Counted from the first letter of the stretch, positions 20,539-31,897 are shown. The stretch: DNA of 64,000 nucleotides from Vampirovibrionaceae bacterium NZW_1234 (GCA_041697335.1 JBGUGD010000025.1:1-64000); one strand, 5' to 3'. Notes: generated by a model not told the origin, from the letters alone. Numbers and translations are program-made.

Positions 20539-23436
20539 GTGTGTCAGATGTCATTGATTGACACAATGTTTAAATTTCAGATTTTGTCCCAGCTCAGTGG
20601 GCGCAATTCGACATCGACCATGGGAAGTCGTTTCTTTGGACGTCAGGCGCAACCGCCGCAATATGGCCCGCCGGATCCCTATCAGGGTATGGCGCCGGAT
20701 TTTAATCGTTATGGGGGGGCCTATGGCGGGTATGATTGGGATCAATGGGAAGATCCCCATGGGTATGGTCATTCGGATAGCTTTTCGGGGTTCAATGTCT
20801 CAAAATATTTACCGCTCCTGTTTTTAAGCCGCCGTTCCAACAATTCTGGAAACACGCTGATTCTTGGAAATTCTCCGGGTAATACGCTTTACAATATTCC
20901 AGGCGCCTACCAAGGTGGCAATATACCGATATTTGGGGGAGGCTTCGGTAATGGTACCTGTGGAATGCCTACGGTACCGACATGCTTTCAGCCCCCAACC
21001 GCATGTTACCCGCCCCCACCTCCGGTCTATCCACCCGGGACATGTCCGCCTCCGAATTATCCTCCCGTTAATCCTCCTATTTATCCCCCTGTGAACCCAC
21101 CCGTGAATCCGCCGGTTCAGCCTCCCATTGTTATTGGCGTACCGCCGATTCAACCGCCGCCGGTCAATCCGCCGCCGGATGTGTGTATACAGAATGCGTA
21201 TGATGGTCGTAAGATCCAAATTTGGGGTGATCCGCACGTAACCATTACTCAGGGAACAGGAAGCAATAACACCGATTTCCATACCCTGGGCTGGCAGTCC
21301 GCCTTGACTTATGACTATAACCCCAATAATGGCAATGTGGGTTCAGGTGATGCCTTTGCCCTGAATGTCAAAAATACGGCGTGGAATAATAATGCGTCCG
21401 TTGCCGTCGTCACAGAAGCGCAGCTCAATATTGCCGGGGCCTATATTAATTTGAATGCCAATGGCACGGTTATTGTAAATGGCTTTACGATGGCAGGAAA
21501 TTCAGCGCAGATTAATACGCCCATAGGTCCCGTGATCATAACCAAAGATGCCAGCGGCAAAATTACCATCACCGATCCCATCGGAACCATGGTGCAAACG
21601 GAATTGCTGGGCACCTATATGAATATGGACATCACCAATATCAAAGCCAAAAGTAAATTAGGAGGCTTTGCAGGGGATGCCGTTGAAAACTATGGCAATG
21701 TGAATGTCAACGGAAATTATGGCGTTGCTTCGGCAGCATCCCTGGGGGTGGTGGAGGATAGCTGCGTCACCACGCCGCCGCCCAATATTATTCCGGACGG
21801 TCCGACCCAGAATGTCATTAACGATGCCTGTACCCTGGATCAGGCTAACGGTCTCAATAACAATCCCATGTGTACACCGCCATTTGTCATCGGTGTTCCG
21901 CCCATCAATCCGCCACAACCACCGGATGTTTGTACCCTGAATCCGTTTGCCAATACCACCAGTCTTATCTGGGGTGATCCCCATGTCACCATTACCGAAG
22001 CCGGCAATGCCAATAATACGGATTTTCATGCTCCGGGATGGCAGTCGGCATTGACCTACGATTATAACCCCAATAACGGCATCATCGGCGGCAATGAGGC
22101 TTTTGCGCTGAATGTCTTCAATACGCCGATTAATGCCAACGGTGTGGCTGTGGTCACCGCGGCAAGTCTCACCATTGCCGGATCCAACCTGCAAGTGGAT
22201 GTTAATGGGAATATGACGTTGAATGGCGTCACAGTGACCGGAAACCGGACCATCCAAACGCCACAAGGTGCCTATACCATCAGCGTGGCTGCCGGAAATG
22301 TCATTACGGTCACGGACCCGCTGGGAACGCAGATTAAGTTTACACCGGCCGGAGGCTCACTGAATACCGAAGTTTCCAGAATCGGGGCACGAAGTGGTCT
22401 GGGTGGTTTCCTGGGCGATGCCTTGGAAAATCAAGGGAACGTCAATGTGAATGGCAATTATGCTGTGGGCAGCGCGACCAGTTTATGTGCGATTGATGAT
22501 AACTGCGCCACACCACCACCGCCCATTGTGCCGGATGGCACTACGACTCAGGTCATTCATGATGCATGTATGTATGATGCCAATAACGGCATCACCGGCA
22601 ACCCGTTATGTCCCCCGATTCCTGTAGGCCTACCTCCAGTGAATCCGCCTATTGCTGTTGGCTTGCCAGCCATACCGCCAACGGTCTATGTAAAATCCTA
22701 TGGCGACACCCACGTTGTAACGGCCCTGGGCATGAAGTTTGACAATACTTTAGAAGGTAATTTGGTCGCCTTAAAGAATACTCTGGCAGATTTGGCACCG
22801 AATCTCTATACGGATGCCGAAAAGCAACAGTATCCGCACGTCGGTAAACTCACATGGTTGACGTATGAAAAAGCCAATCCCTTGTTCCCGGACTTAATGT
22901 ACACCAACTCGAATACGGGCCAGATGCTGCCCAATACCTCGATTTACAAGCAACGCCTGATATTTGGTGATGAAAACGACATTAATAACCGGATTGTTGT
23001 CACCGTTACAGAAACCGGCAATCCCATGATTAAACTGAGAGGCAGCAACACGGCGGTTGAAATGGTCTCAGGGCAAAATTATGAAGTGGGTCCCGGTGAA
23101 TTTATCAATTGGAATGGTGAAGCCGTCTCTCACAATGGCGACATTTACGTTGACAGTTCCAATGTCCTGAATGTGAGTACACGCTGGTTTACAGGGGTAT
23201 TGACCCGTTCCGACTGGGGATCCGGACCAGATCACACTGGCATGTTCAATAATGTTGCGGTAACTTCCAACAGCAAGGTCGGGTATTTAATGGACCCCTA
23301 TGTCACTGACGGGGTGGATTGTTCGCAGCCGGATCCGTTTGGTTTCCGAGACGGTGTCTGCGAGGCCGATGAGATAGCGGATAACATTGATGACAGATAT
23401 CTGCTGCCGGAAGGCGCTGTCAACTGGACGTCCTAG
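20539..23436 (+). CDS. Large Pro/Cys-rich protein with three VWD-like GDPH modules
   Basis: IWGDPHV twice, YGDTHV once, PPVN repeats, ~250-aa internal duplication. Confidence 0.8.
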   Translation: MCQMSLIDTMFKFQILSQLSGRNSTSTMGSRFFGRQAQPPQYGPPDPYQGMAPDFNRYGGAYGGYDWDQWEDPHGYGHSDSFSGFNVSKYLPLLFLSRRSNNSGNTLILGNSPGNTLYNIPGAYQGGNIPIFGGGFGNGTCGMPTVPTCFQPPTACYPPPPPVYPPGTCPPPNYPPVNPPIYPPVNPPVNPPVQPPIVIGVPPIQPPPVNPPPDVCIQNAYDGRKIQIWGDPHVTITQGTGSNNTDFHTLGWQSALTYDYNPNNGNVGSGDAFALNVKNTAWNNNASVAVVTEAQLNIAGAYINLNANGTVIVNGFTMAGNSAQINTPIGPVIITKDASGKITITDPIGTMVQTELLGTYMNMDITNIKAKSKLGGFAGDAVENYGNVNVNGNYGVASAASLGVVEDSCVTTPPPNIIPDGPTQNVINDACTLDQANGLNNNPMCTPPFVIGVPPINPPQPPDVCTLNPFANTTSLIWGDPHVTITEAGNANNTDFHAPGWQSALTYDYNPNNGIIGGNEAFALNVFNTPINANGVAVVTAASLTIAGSNLQVDVNGNMTLNGVTVTGNRTIQTPQGAYTISVAAGNVITVTDPLGTQIKFTPAGGSLNTEVSRIGARSGLGGFLGDALENQGNVNVNGNYAVGSATSLCAIDDNCATPPPPIVPDGTTTQVIHDACMYDANNGITGNPLCPPIPVGLPPVNPPIAVGLPAIPPTVYVKSYGDTHVVTALGMKFDNTLEGNLVALKNTLADLAPNLYTDAEKQQYPHVGKLTWLTYEKANPLFPDLMYTNSNTGQMLPNTSIYKQRLIFGDENDINNRIVVTVTETGNPMIKLRGSNTAVEMVSGQNYEVGPGEFINWNGEAVSHNGDIYVDSSNVLNVSTRWFTGVLTRSDWGSGPDHTGMFNNVAVTSNSKVGYLMDPYVTDGVDCSQPDPFGFRDGVCEADEIADNIDDRYLLPEGAVNWTS

Positions 23437-23437
23437 A

Positions 23438-24736
23438 CTAGCGAATGCCACCGGATAGTTTTAACGCTTCACCCTTTAGGGAAAGCGTTCCTTTGACGGC
23501 AACGGATTCTCCCGGTTTTAACCCGGAAAGAACCTGGACTTTATTGGTGTCTGTTTTGCCCAAGTCCACGCGACGCTCTTCATACCGGTGCGGACCCGTC
23601 AGAACATACACAAAAGTAAAATCGCCATTGCGTTGAATGGCGGATTTAGGCACTGTAATGGCCTTTAAGGAATCGGTTTGAATGGACATATGGGCGAACA
23701 TATTGGGTTTTAATATCAGGCCCGGATTCAGGACATTGGCACGCAGATCCAGGGTTCGGGTCTGAGGATCCAGAATGCTGCCCACGAATGTGACTTTACC
23801 TTTAAAGAGCCGATTGCCCAGACCGTCAACACGAACGTCCACCGCCTGGCCATGCCTGATTTTGGCAATATCCTTTTCGTACACATCCCCGACAAGCCAC
23901 ACCTGGCTTAAGTCGGCAATGGCAAACAGCTCTTTGCTCGGGTCCACAAGCTCGCCTGAATTGATATTGCGGGTCACCAGGCAACCACTACGCGGGGCTG
24001 TTAATGCAATAAGGGGTTGGATATGTCGCGATTTCACGACAGAAGCAGCTGTTCCCGCAGGCATGCCATAGAGCCGCAGACGCTCTTCATAGGTCTGAAT
24101 CAGGGCCGTTTGTTTTGATTTGAGGGTTTGAATGAAGACATTATCCTTTTCATATTGGGTGCGGGCCGCCTCCATATCCATGCGGGCTGAGACTTTTTCG
24201 TCATACAACATTTTTTCTCGGTCGTAGGCCGATTTTGAGAAGGCCACCTGGACTTTTGCCTGTTTCAGATCGGCTTCCAACTGCAGATATTCCTGGAGCA
24301 GTTCCATCTGGATCTGTCCTACGGCATCGGATTTAATGACAGCCAGTGTCTGGCCGGTTTGGACAGATTGCCCCAGGGAAACCAAAACATCCACGGCTTT
24401 CCCCGCAACCGGGCTATAAACGTGACGGCTCAGTTCGTTGACAGCTTCAACCTTGGCGTGAAGCTCTGTACTCAGATTGAAACGTTCATAGGCAGCGGGC
24501 TGGGTTTCAATACCAATCGTCTTTTCCTGTTTTCCGGTTAACTGGATAATGATGGGGCCATGTTCGCGAATCTCATGCCGACCCGGAACATGGGGGATTT
24601 TGGCCTGGGTGCTACACCCGGAACATAAAACAGAAATGCCGGTGAAGGCGGATAAAAAGAGGTAAGGTGCCCACTGGCCAAGAAATAATTTAAACTTCGG
24701 AAACCGTGGCAACCACGGATAGGTGTTCAACTGCAT
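23438..24736 (-). CDS. RND efflux periplasmic adaptor (CzcB/CusB-like)
   Basis: SPVAG, IADLSQVW, LDPQTRT, LKPNMF. Confidence 0.93.
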   Translation of the reverse strand: MQLNTYPWLPRFPKFKLFLGQWAPYLFLSAFTGISVLCSGCSTQAKIPHVPGRHEIREHGPIIIQLTGKQEKTIGIETQPAAYERFNLSTELHAKVEAVNELSRHVYSPVAGKAVDVLVSLGQSVQTGQTLAVIKSDAVGQIQMELLQEYLQLEADLKQAKVQVAFSKSAYDREKMLYDEKVSARMDMEAARTQYEKDNVFIQTLKSKQTALIQTYEERLRLYGMPAGTAASVVKSRHIQPLIALTAPRSGCLVTRNINSGELVDPSKELFAIADLSQVWLVGDVYEKDIAKIRHGQAVDVRVDGLGNRLFKGKVTFVGSILDPQTRTLDLRANVLNPGLILKPNMFAHMSIQTDSLKAITVPKSAIQRNGDFTFVYVLTGPHRYEERRVDLGKTDTNKVQVLSGLKPGESVAVKGTLSLKGEALKLSGGIR

Positions 24737-27700
24737 GAACCTTATCTCCTTTTCTGCCGCTAACCAGGGTATACAGCACCGGTATCAAGAATAACGATAA
24801 AATCGTGGACACCAAAAGGCCACCAATAATAACGATGGCAAAGGGTTTTTGGCTTTGAGACCCAATGCCGGTGGAGACTGCTGCAGGGACTAAGCCTAAT
24901 ATGGCCACGCTGCCCGCCATTAACACAGGTTGTAATTTGGTTCTTGCACCTTGAATGGCGGCTTTTAACCGGGAAAAATGACGTCGCCGAAGTTCTTTGA
25001 TATACGAGAGAATAATGACGCCGTTTAAAACCGACACACCCGCGGCTGCAATAAAGCCCACACCTGCAGATACGGAAAAATAGGTATGGGTCTGGTACAA
25101 GGCGGCAATGCCACCAATGGCTGCCAGGGGAATCGGGATCATCGCCAATAGACAGTCCTGGACCCGTCGAAACATGACATACAAGATGGCAAAAATCGCA
25201 ATCAAAGTCACCGGTAGAATCACCTGCATCCGGGCATTCGCTCGCTGCTGATTTTCAAACTGACCGCCCCAAACCAAGCGGTAGCCCTCTGGAATAACGA
25301 CGTTTTTATGAACCACCTCTTGGGCATCCCGAACAGCACTGCCCAAATCTCGCCCTCGAACATTGGCTTTAATGGTAACCAGACGGGAGTTTTCCGAGCG
25401 CATAATCGAGGTTGCACCGGTGGCTGTTTCAATGGTGGCCACTTCCGAGAGGGGAATGGTTTGACCTGCCGGGGTGGTGATGAGCAGGTTGTCCAAGGCT
25501 TCTATATTAGCGCGAAAGGGTTTCTGTAAACGCACAAGAACATTGAATCGGCGCTCACCCTCAAGAATTTCCGTCGCCACCTTGCCGCCAATGGCAATTT
25601 CAACCAGTTGATTGATATCGCTGACATTAATGCCATAGCGATCGGCCTGGGTCCGGTTGATCTGGATTCGGTATTGGGGTTGGCCGAGCAACTTGTCACT
25701 GGCCACATCCACCATGCCGGGAACATTGGTAATTAAAGCCGTCAGCTTATCACCGAGCCTTTCCAGCACATGCAGATCCGGGCCATACAGCTTGACCGCC
25801 AACTCCGCCTTGGCGCCGGAAATGGCTTCATCGACACCATCCTGAATGTATTGGGAAAACGTTGTTACAATCCCGGGAATGTTGTTTAAATCTTGATCCA
25901 TTGCATTGACAATGGCTTCTTTGTTCCCCTGCCACTGTTTACGCCAGGAGGTTGCCGGATACAAATCGATCATGACTTCGATATTACTGGGGTTGTTGGG
26001 ATCCGTGCCATCATCAGGGGCTCCGATTTGGGAGACCACGTTTTTGACTTCCGGATAGCGCATAATGTGTTGCCGGATATTGCGGGCGATGGCGACGGAT
26101 TTTTCCAAAGAGACGCTGGTGGGGAGGACCGTTACCCGTAACCAGATATTGCCTTCATCGAGCTTGGGTAAAAACTCAGACCCCACGTTCAGAAACAGTA
26201 ACACGCTGGTTACAAGGGACAAAAGGGTTATGCAAAGCAACGGCCAGGGTGTGCGAATGGCTCGAATGAGCAAAGGGCGATAGAGATTGTTGGTCAGCCG
26301 TACAAGAGGACTGATTCTTTCCACGATGGGTTTTCCTGTCATCAGGAAAGCCATAATCACGGGAATGATAGTAATACTGACCAGCAAAGCGCCCAGCAAC
26401 GCAAAGTTCATGGTGAAAGCCAGGGGATGGAAAAGTTTTCCGGCAACACCGTCAAAGGCAAAGATGGGAAGAAACGCGACAAGAATAATAAATGTGGCAA
26501 ACACAATGGGGCTTCCCACTTCCTTGGCTGCATGAAGTACTAGTTCAATACGCCCTTTGGGGCTTAATGAACGCCCTTCATGGGCAAGTCGGCGATGAAT
26601 GTTTTCCACCATCACCACTGTCCCATCGATAATGATGCCAAAGTCCACAGCCCCCAGGCTTAACAGGTTAGCCGGAATATGGCAGAGATTGAGCAGGATG
26701 AAGGAAATCATCAGGGACAACGGAATAACCAGTGCGGCAATGAGGGCAGACTTGACCTCAAACATAAACATCAGCAGAATGGCCACAACTAAAACAATCC
26801 CGGCAGCCACGTTATGGCCAATGGTATCCATGGTGTGGCGCATTAAATCCATGCGATCGTATAGCGGCACTAATTTGACGCCCAGCGGCAGGTTCGATTG
26901 GATTTCCGGAAGTCGGTCATACACTTTTTCAATAACTCGGGCAGGATTTTCATAGCGCCGCATCAGGACAATGCCTTCGATAACATCGTCATCGTTGTTT
27001 TTGCCGACTTGCCCCAAGCGGATACCTGGGCCGGTATTGATGGTTGCCAGGTCTTTAATGCGAATGGGGATGCCATCGACAGTGGAGCTGACCACGACCT
27101 TGGCCAGTTCATCAATATCCTGAATTAGCCCAAGGCCGCGAACCACATAGGCTTGCCCATTATTTTCAATATAATTCCCACCGGCCGAACCGTTGGAGCG
27201 AGAAACTGCCTCAAAGACCTGGTTAATGGATAAGTTATAGGCTTTCAGGCGACCGGCATCAATATTGACTTGATAATTTTTCGTGGGGCCACCAAAACCT
27301 GCCACGCTAACAACGCCCGGGATTTCGCGAAATTTCTTTTCCAATACCCAGTCCTGAATCGCCTTTAACGACATTTTGTCGTAGTAGTCGGACTCCACAG
27401 TGTAGCGGTAGATTTCCCCAACGGAGGAAGTCGCATCCGGATCGAGCAAGGGTTCAGCGTCTTCAGGTAACTCAGCCTGACCAATGCGTTCGAGAACCTG
27501 CTGGCGGGCAAAATGGGTCGGAGTACCACTCTCAAAGGTAACCAATACAGCGGACAATCCGAAAATTGAGACCGAACGGAGTTTAGTCTGACGGGGTAGT
27601 CCGTTGAGTTCTTTCTCCAAGGGGATGGTTACGGTGCGCTCGACTTCTTCAGCCCCTTTCCCAGGCATTAAGGTCAGCACCCGTACAATGGGATCGGTAA

Positions 27701-27833
27701 AATCAGGATAGGCTTCGATGGCCAGTTGTTGAAAGGCAATAATCCCTGCCCCAATCAAAGACAGAGTAAGAGCAACCACAATATAGCGATGGCGCAGCGC
27801 CAAAGTGATAAGACCGTTAATCAGGAAGTTCAT
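24690..27833 (-). CDS. Heavy-metal efflux RND transporter (CzcA/CusA family)
   Basis: ANLLSLGAVDFGIIIDGTVVMVEN, EFLPKLDEG; 1047 aa. Confidence 0.95.
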   Translation of the reverse strand: MNFLINGLITLALRHRYIVVALTLSLIGAGIIAFQQLAIEAYPDFTDPIVRVLTLMPGKGAEEVERTVTIPLEKELNGLPRQTKLRSVSIFGLSAVLVTFESGTPTHFARQQVLERIGQAELPEDAEPLLDPDATSSVGEIYRYTVESDYYDKMSLKAIQDWVLEKKFREIPGVVSVAGFGGPTKNYQVNIDAGRLKAYNLSINQVFEAVSRSNGSAGGNYIENNGQAYVVRGLGLIQDIDELAKVVVSSTVDGIPIRIKDLATINTGPGIRLGQVGKNNDDDVIEGIVLMRRYENPARVIEKVYDRLPEIQSNLPLGVKLVPLYDRMDLMRHTMDTIGHNVAAGIVLVVAILLMFMFEVKSALIAALVIPLSLMISFILLNLCHIPANLLSLGAVDFGIIIDGTVVMVENIHRRLAHEGRSLSPKGRIELVLHAAKEVGSPIVFATFIILVAFLPIFAFDGVAGKLFHPLAFTMNFALLGALLVSITIIPVIMAFLMTGKPIVERISPLVRLTNNLYRPLLIRAIRTPWPLLCITLLSLVTSVLLFLNVGSEFLPKLDEGNIWLRVTVLPTSVSLEKSVAIARNIRQHIMRYPEVKNVVSQIGAPDDGTDPNNPSNIEVMIDLYPATSWRKQWQGNKEAIVNAMDQDLNNIPGIVTTFSQYIQDGVDEAISGAKAELAVKLYGPDLHVLERLGDKLTALITNVPGMVDVASDKLLGQPQYRIQINRTQADRYGINVSDINQLVEIAIGGKVATEILEGERRFNVLVRLQKPFRANIEALDNLLITTPAGQTIPLSEVATIETATGATSIMRSENSRLVTIKANVRGRDLGSAVRDAQEVVHKNVVIPEGYRLVWGGQFENQQRANARMQVILPVTLIAIFAILYVMFRRVQDCLLAMIPIPLAAIGGIAALYQTHTYFSVSAGVGFIAAAGVSVLNGVIILSYIKELRRRHFSRLKAAIQGARTKLQPVLMAGSVAILGLVPAAVSTGIGSQSQKPFAIVIIGGLLVSTILSLFLIPVLYTLVSGRKGDKVHAVEHLSVVATVSEV

Positions 27834-29272
27834 GGAAGTGTTACCTTGCCGCCTGCTGCTTTTTCAAGGTCACCCCAGGCGTTTTGATAGGCGACAATGG
27901 ATTCCAGATAGTCATAGAATATCTTTTGCACGGTTTGCTGAGCCAGGATTACTGAGACAAGGCCGGATTTTCCGGCGGCATAACTTTTCTGCGCCAGGCT
28001 CAGCACGTCTTTCGATTCCGGCAGCAGTTTGCTCTGGTACAGCTGAATATTTTCCCGAGCGGTCATACAGGCCGTGTAGGCATTGTCGATGTCCAAGCGG
28101 ATTTGTTTTTCCGTGGCTTCGATTTCCAGGGCTGTTTTGCTGAGCATGGCTTTAGCACGCTGGATTTGTGCGCCCTGGTTGTGCCGAATCGGAAGAACAA
28201 GAGCCGAGGCTAGATAACCGCCTGAAAAAAAGCCTTTCTCAAAAGGACCATCAGGGGTAATGGCATTCACAAAGGTAAAACCGCCTGTTAATTCGATATC
28301 CGGAACTTTTTCGGCCCGGAGGGCTCGTAATTCCTTTTGGGAAACAACCGTCCGTTGCACCAGCGCCTTTAAATCCGGTCTCACTTCTCTGGCCTGGAGT
28401 TCCAGTTCTGCCTGGCTGGGAATCGTTGTTGTTAAAAGCGGTACCAGTTCCGTTTGTTGCGCATTGCCATAAAATAAGCCGTTATCACTAATGTCAAAGT
28501 TCGGATCCACCTGCTCACCCAACAGCGTGAACAGTGTCCGACGATCTTGCCTCAAGCGGCCTTTGGCTTCATTCATTTGGGTTTCCAGCTGGGAGCGTGT
28601 CAATTTTGCCAGAAGCAATTCCGATTCCGGTGCAGCACCGGCCCTGACCCGAATGGCTGCAATATCCACAAGCCGATCCAACAGTTCCGATTGGGTATGC
28701 AGGACACGCAAATTCTCTTTGGAGGCTGCCAGTTGGGCATAGGCCTGTCGGACCCGGGCCCGAATTTCCCAACGCAGGGTGTTAATTTCCTTATCGGTGA
28801 GTTCCAGTTCTGCCTGGGCAACTTCAACTCGCTTGGGATGTTTACCGGCAGTTTCAATGAGCTGGGTAATGCCAATCAATTGGGATTGTCCGAGTTGCCG
28901 TGCAATATTACCAAAGGTATAGGTACCTGAAATTTCGGGATTCGGTTCCTGCCGAGCAATCCCGACGTCGGCAAGACTAATGTCGTGACGCTTTCTGGCC
29001 GCCAGCAGATCCGGGTTGTAGTCCTCTGCCAGTTCCAAAGCGTCGCTCAGGCTAATCTGCACAGGGGACGGGGTGTTTGAGGACGGCGTTTCTTGAGCCA
29101 GAACCGCGCATGGGGATACCAGCAAAAGAAAGAAGCTGAGGCCAATCACGGGTAGTTTAAATCGTCGGGGATTGAAATAACGATTCAATAGGGGCCAATA
29201 TGCGCGAATAGAACCAGAGGCCAAGGTGACAACGGGAGTCCAGGGTCTAGATGATAGCAACAACAAAGGCAT
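27830..29272 (-). CDS. TolC/CzcC-family outer membrane protein
   Basis: YNPDL, RPDL, KVPDIEL, LPIRHNQGAQI; operon with adaptor and RND genes. Confidence 0.92.
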   Translation of the reverse strand: MPLLLLSSRPWTPVVTLASGSIRAYWPLLNRYFNPRRFKLPVIGLSFFLLLVSPCAVLAQETPSSNTPSPVQISLSDALELAEDYNPDLLAARKRHDISLADVGIARQEPNPEISGTYTFGNIARQLGQSQLIGITQLIETAGKHPKRVEVAQAELELTDKEINTLRWEIRARVRQAYAQLAASKENLRVLHTQSELLDRLVDIAAIRVRAGAAPESELLLAKLTRSQLETQMNEAKGRLRQDRRTLFTLLGEQVDPNFDISDNGLFYGNAQQTELVPLLTTTIPSQAELELQAREVRPDLKALVQRTVVSQKELRALRAEKVPDIELTGGFTFVNAITPDGPFEKGFFSGGYLASALVLPIRHNQGAQIQRAKAMLSKTALEIEATEKQIRLDIDNAYTACMTARENIQLYQSKLLPESKDVLSLAQKSYAAGKSGLVSVILAQQTVQKIFYDYLESIVAYQNAWGDLEKAAGGKVTLP

Positions 29273-29527
29273 GATTCCGGCAAAAACTCTCAGGACAATG
29301 GAGTATAAACCCCGTTTTAATCGATTATATCAGGAGATTCCACTTTTTCGTCAAAATCTTAACCTTGTAAGCCTTGGCGCGATAGTGATGATAGCGTTAA
29401 GTAGGGTGGGTTAAATCCCTTTGATGTTCTTGAGGGATTCTGTAAAGAGTTAATGCGTTGGCTTGAATGGGGAGATGGATCCTTTTAAGATGAAGAGAGA
29501 TAGAGATGGCAACATCAGGAGGGTCCT

Positions 29528-30727
29528 GTGATGGTACCGGAAATCGATTTAGAAGACGATAAGCGTGTTTATATTTTTGATACAACCTTACGAGATGGGG
29601 AACAGTCGCCTGGGGCTGCATTAAAGCCCACGGAAAAGATTCAAATCGCCAAGCAGTTGGCCAAGTTGAACGTGGATGTCATTGAAGCGGGTTTCCCGTT
29701 CAGCAGTCCCGGGGATTTCGAGTCTGTCCGTCAGATTGCGGCGGAAGTAGACGGCCCGATTGTTGCGGGTCTCTGTCGCACGACCCCTCAGGACATCGAA
29801 GCGACCTGGGATGCGGTGAAAGTGGCCAAGCGCCCGCGCATTCATACTTTTATTGCCACCAGCGACATTCATATCGCGGCCAAGTTCAAGAAAACTCGCG
29901 ATGAGATCCTGGTGATTGCCCGGGACATGGTCGCCCTGGCGGCGTCCAAATGTAAGGATGTCGAGTTCTCCGCCGAAGATGCCGGACGAACCGAGCGCTT
30001 TTTCCTGTACAAAGTCTTGGAAGCTGTCATTGATGCCGGGGCGACGACAGTCAATATTCCGGACACCGTGGGATACACCATTCCCGAGGAGTTCGGCAAG
30101 CTGATTCGCGACATCAAGTTGAATGTCCCGAACATCGATAAGGCCATCATTTCGGTGCACTGTCACAACGATCTGGGCATGGCCACGGCCAACAGTCTGG
30201 CCGGTGTGTTAAACGGGGCACGCCAGGTGGAGTGTACCGTTAACGGCATTGGTGAACGGGCTGGAAATGCGGCCATGGAAGAGGTGGTAATGGCCCTTCA
30301 TGTGCGAAAAGCTTATTTCGACGGCTGTTACACCAATATCAACACCCGTGCGTTTTATGAAACCAGTCACATGGTATCCGAGCTTACCGGAATGCCCATT
30401 CAACCCAACAAAGCCATTGTTGGCCGCAACGCCTTTGCTCATGAGTCGGGAATTCACCAGGACGGTTTCCTCAAGGGCCGTGACACCTACGAGATCATGC
30501 ACCCGGAAATGGTGGGCCTGGAGCGCTCCAGCTTGCCCCTGGGACCCCGCTCCGGGAAGGCGGCCTTGAAGGTAAAATTACAGGAGCTTGGCATTCAGGT
30601 CGGCGACGATGTGATGCCCGAGTTTTTTGAAGCCTTCAAGCGTCTGGCCGACCAGAAGAAATTCATCGAGGACGCCGACATTCAGGCCCTGGCATCGGAT
30701 TTCAAGGTGGTTAGCCGGTCCTTATAG
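29528..30727 (+). CDS. leuA: 2-isopropylmalate synthase, short form lacking regulatory domain
   Basis: [36 protein letters not shown]; 399 aa. Confidence 0.9.
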   Translation: MMVPEIDLEDDKRVYIFDTTLRDGEQSPGAALKPTEKIQIAKQLAKLNVDVIEAGFPFSSPGDFESVRQIAAEVDGPIVAGLCRTTPQDIEATWDAVKVAKRPRIHTFIATSDIHIAAKFKKTRDEILVIARDMVALAASKCKDVEFSAEDAGRTERFFLYKVLEAVIDAGATTVNIPDTVGYTIPEEFGKLIRDIKLNVPNIDKAIISVHCHNDLGMATANSLAGVLNGARQVECTVNGIGERAGNAAMEEVVMALHVRKAYFDGCYTNINTRAFYETSHMVSELTGMPIQPNKAIVGRNAFAHESGIHQDGFLKGRDTYEIMHPEMVGLERSSLPLGPRSGKAALKVKLQELGIQVGDDVMPEFFEAFKRLADQKKFIEDADIQALASDFKVVSRSL

Positions 30728-30732
30728 CGCCT

Positions 30733-31356
30733 ATGTCCTCTGCTCCTACTCAAACACCAGAAAGTCAACCGGTCGATCCGCCTGGCGGATTTCCCATGCC
30801 GGTGCCTCTTGTCAGTACGGAGCCGCCTGGGAACTTCTTTAACCTGTATACGGCCCACCCCTTTCAATGGTTGGGCTATGGTCTGTGGATGCTGCTCTTT
30901 GGGCTGGTCATCTATATTATCCTGTCCCATTGGCCCACCCCTCCCGAAGTATTAACGGTCTACACCCACCCGGTTGCGGCATGGCAATCCGTGTTGGATG
31001 CGCCTGTCCTGGTTCAAACTCCGCCGTCGGACGCCTCACCTCAGGGCTTGGCCATTGTCGAGCACGCCGGAACGCCCAAAGAATCGGTTACCCCGGTCAG
31101 CGGGAAGGGCCGATCGGGAAGCAAGGAGACCCATCGACCCGCATCCGGCAAGAAGACCTTTACCGGAACCCTCAATCTGAATACCGCGACAGTATCACAG
31201 CTCCAGCAATTACCGGGCATTGGCCCCAAGATGGCCGAACGCATTATCGCATACCGCAAGCAGCATGGCCGGTTTCAGCATATCCAGGAGCTAATGGATG
31301 TCGAGGGCATCGGCCCCAAGAAGTTTGCCAAGCTGGCGCCCCATTGTGCCCTGTAA
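30733..31356 (+). CDS. ComEA-like helix-hairpin-helix DNA-binding membrane protein
   Basis: NLNTA...LPGIGPKMAERII...VEGIGPK; N-terminal TM. Confidence 0.88.
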   Translation: MSSAPTQTPESQPVDPPGGFPMPVPLVSTEPPGNFFNLYTAHPFQWLGYGLWMLLFGLVIYIILSHWPTPPEVLTVYTHPVAAWQSVLDAPVLVQTPPSDASPQGLAIVEHAGTPKESVTPVSGKGRSGSKETHRPASGKKTFTGTLNLNTATVSQLQQLPGIGPKMAERIIAYRKQHGRFQHIQELMDVEGIGPKKFAKLAPHCAL

Positions 31357-31863
31357 TCAGACCCCCGTCGTCATCCATTGCACGTGGTCTTCAATCTGAA
31401 GATTTCCGCTGATGGTCTTATGAACAGGACACCGTGAAGCAACGGCTCTAAGCCGATCGATCTGTTCCGGGGTCAGGTCGCCGGTCATCTCGATGACCCG
31501 GTGAATCCGCTCGATACGTTTGTCGGCTTCGGTGCAGTCCACGCAGTCCTTCCGGTAATCCCGTTCATGGGTCAGCCGAATCCGAAGCGTTTCCAGGGGC
31601 CATTGCTTTTGCTTGGCATACATCCGAATGGTCATGGCAGTGCAAGAGCCCAGGGCCGCCAGGAACAGGTCGTAAGGGGTTGGGCCGCTGTCATCGCCAC
31701 CCAGGTCAACGGGTTCATCAACCACCCAACTGAACCGTCCGGCCTGGACCCGGTGTTGCAGCCGACGGTCCCACTCGACAGTCACGGCCTCATCCAGCTC
31801 GGTTTCAGGCGTCACAGGATTGATCGGGTTCATGGCAAAGCCCCTTTCTGTTTCTTGGGTCAT
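31357..31863 (-). CDS. OsmC/Ohr-family protein
   Basis: DEP..GG...GPTPYD, LGSCTAMT, CPVHKT. Confidence 0.9.
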   Translation of the reverse strand: MTQETERGFAMNPINPVTPETELDEAVTVEWDRRLQHRVQAGRFSWVVDEPVDLGGDDSGPTPYDLFLAALGSCTAMTIRMYAKQKQWPLETLRIRLTHERDYRKDCVDCTEADKRIERIHRVIEMTGDLTPEQIDRLRAVASRCPVHKTISGNLQIEDHVQWMTTGV

Positions 31864-31897
31864 TCACGGATGAACTCTATCATACGGCTCTTTTCCA

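Noticed and set aside
20325..29272. tRNA-anchored genomic island
   Set aside because: No integrase and no duplicated tRNA 3' end seen.
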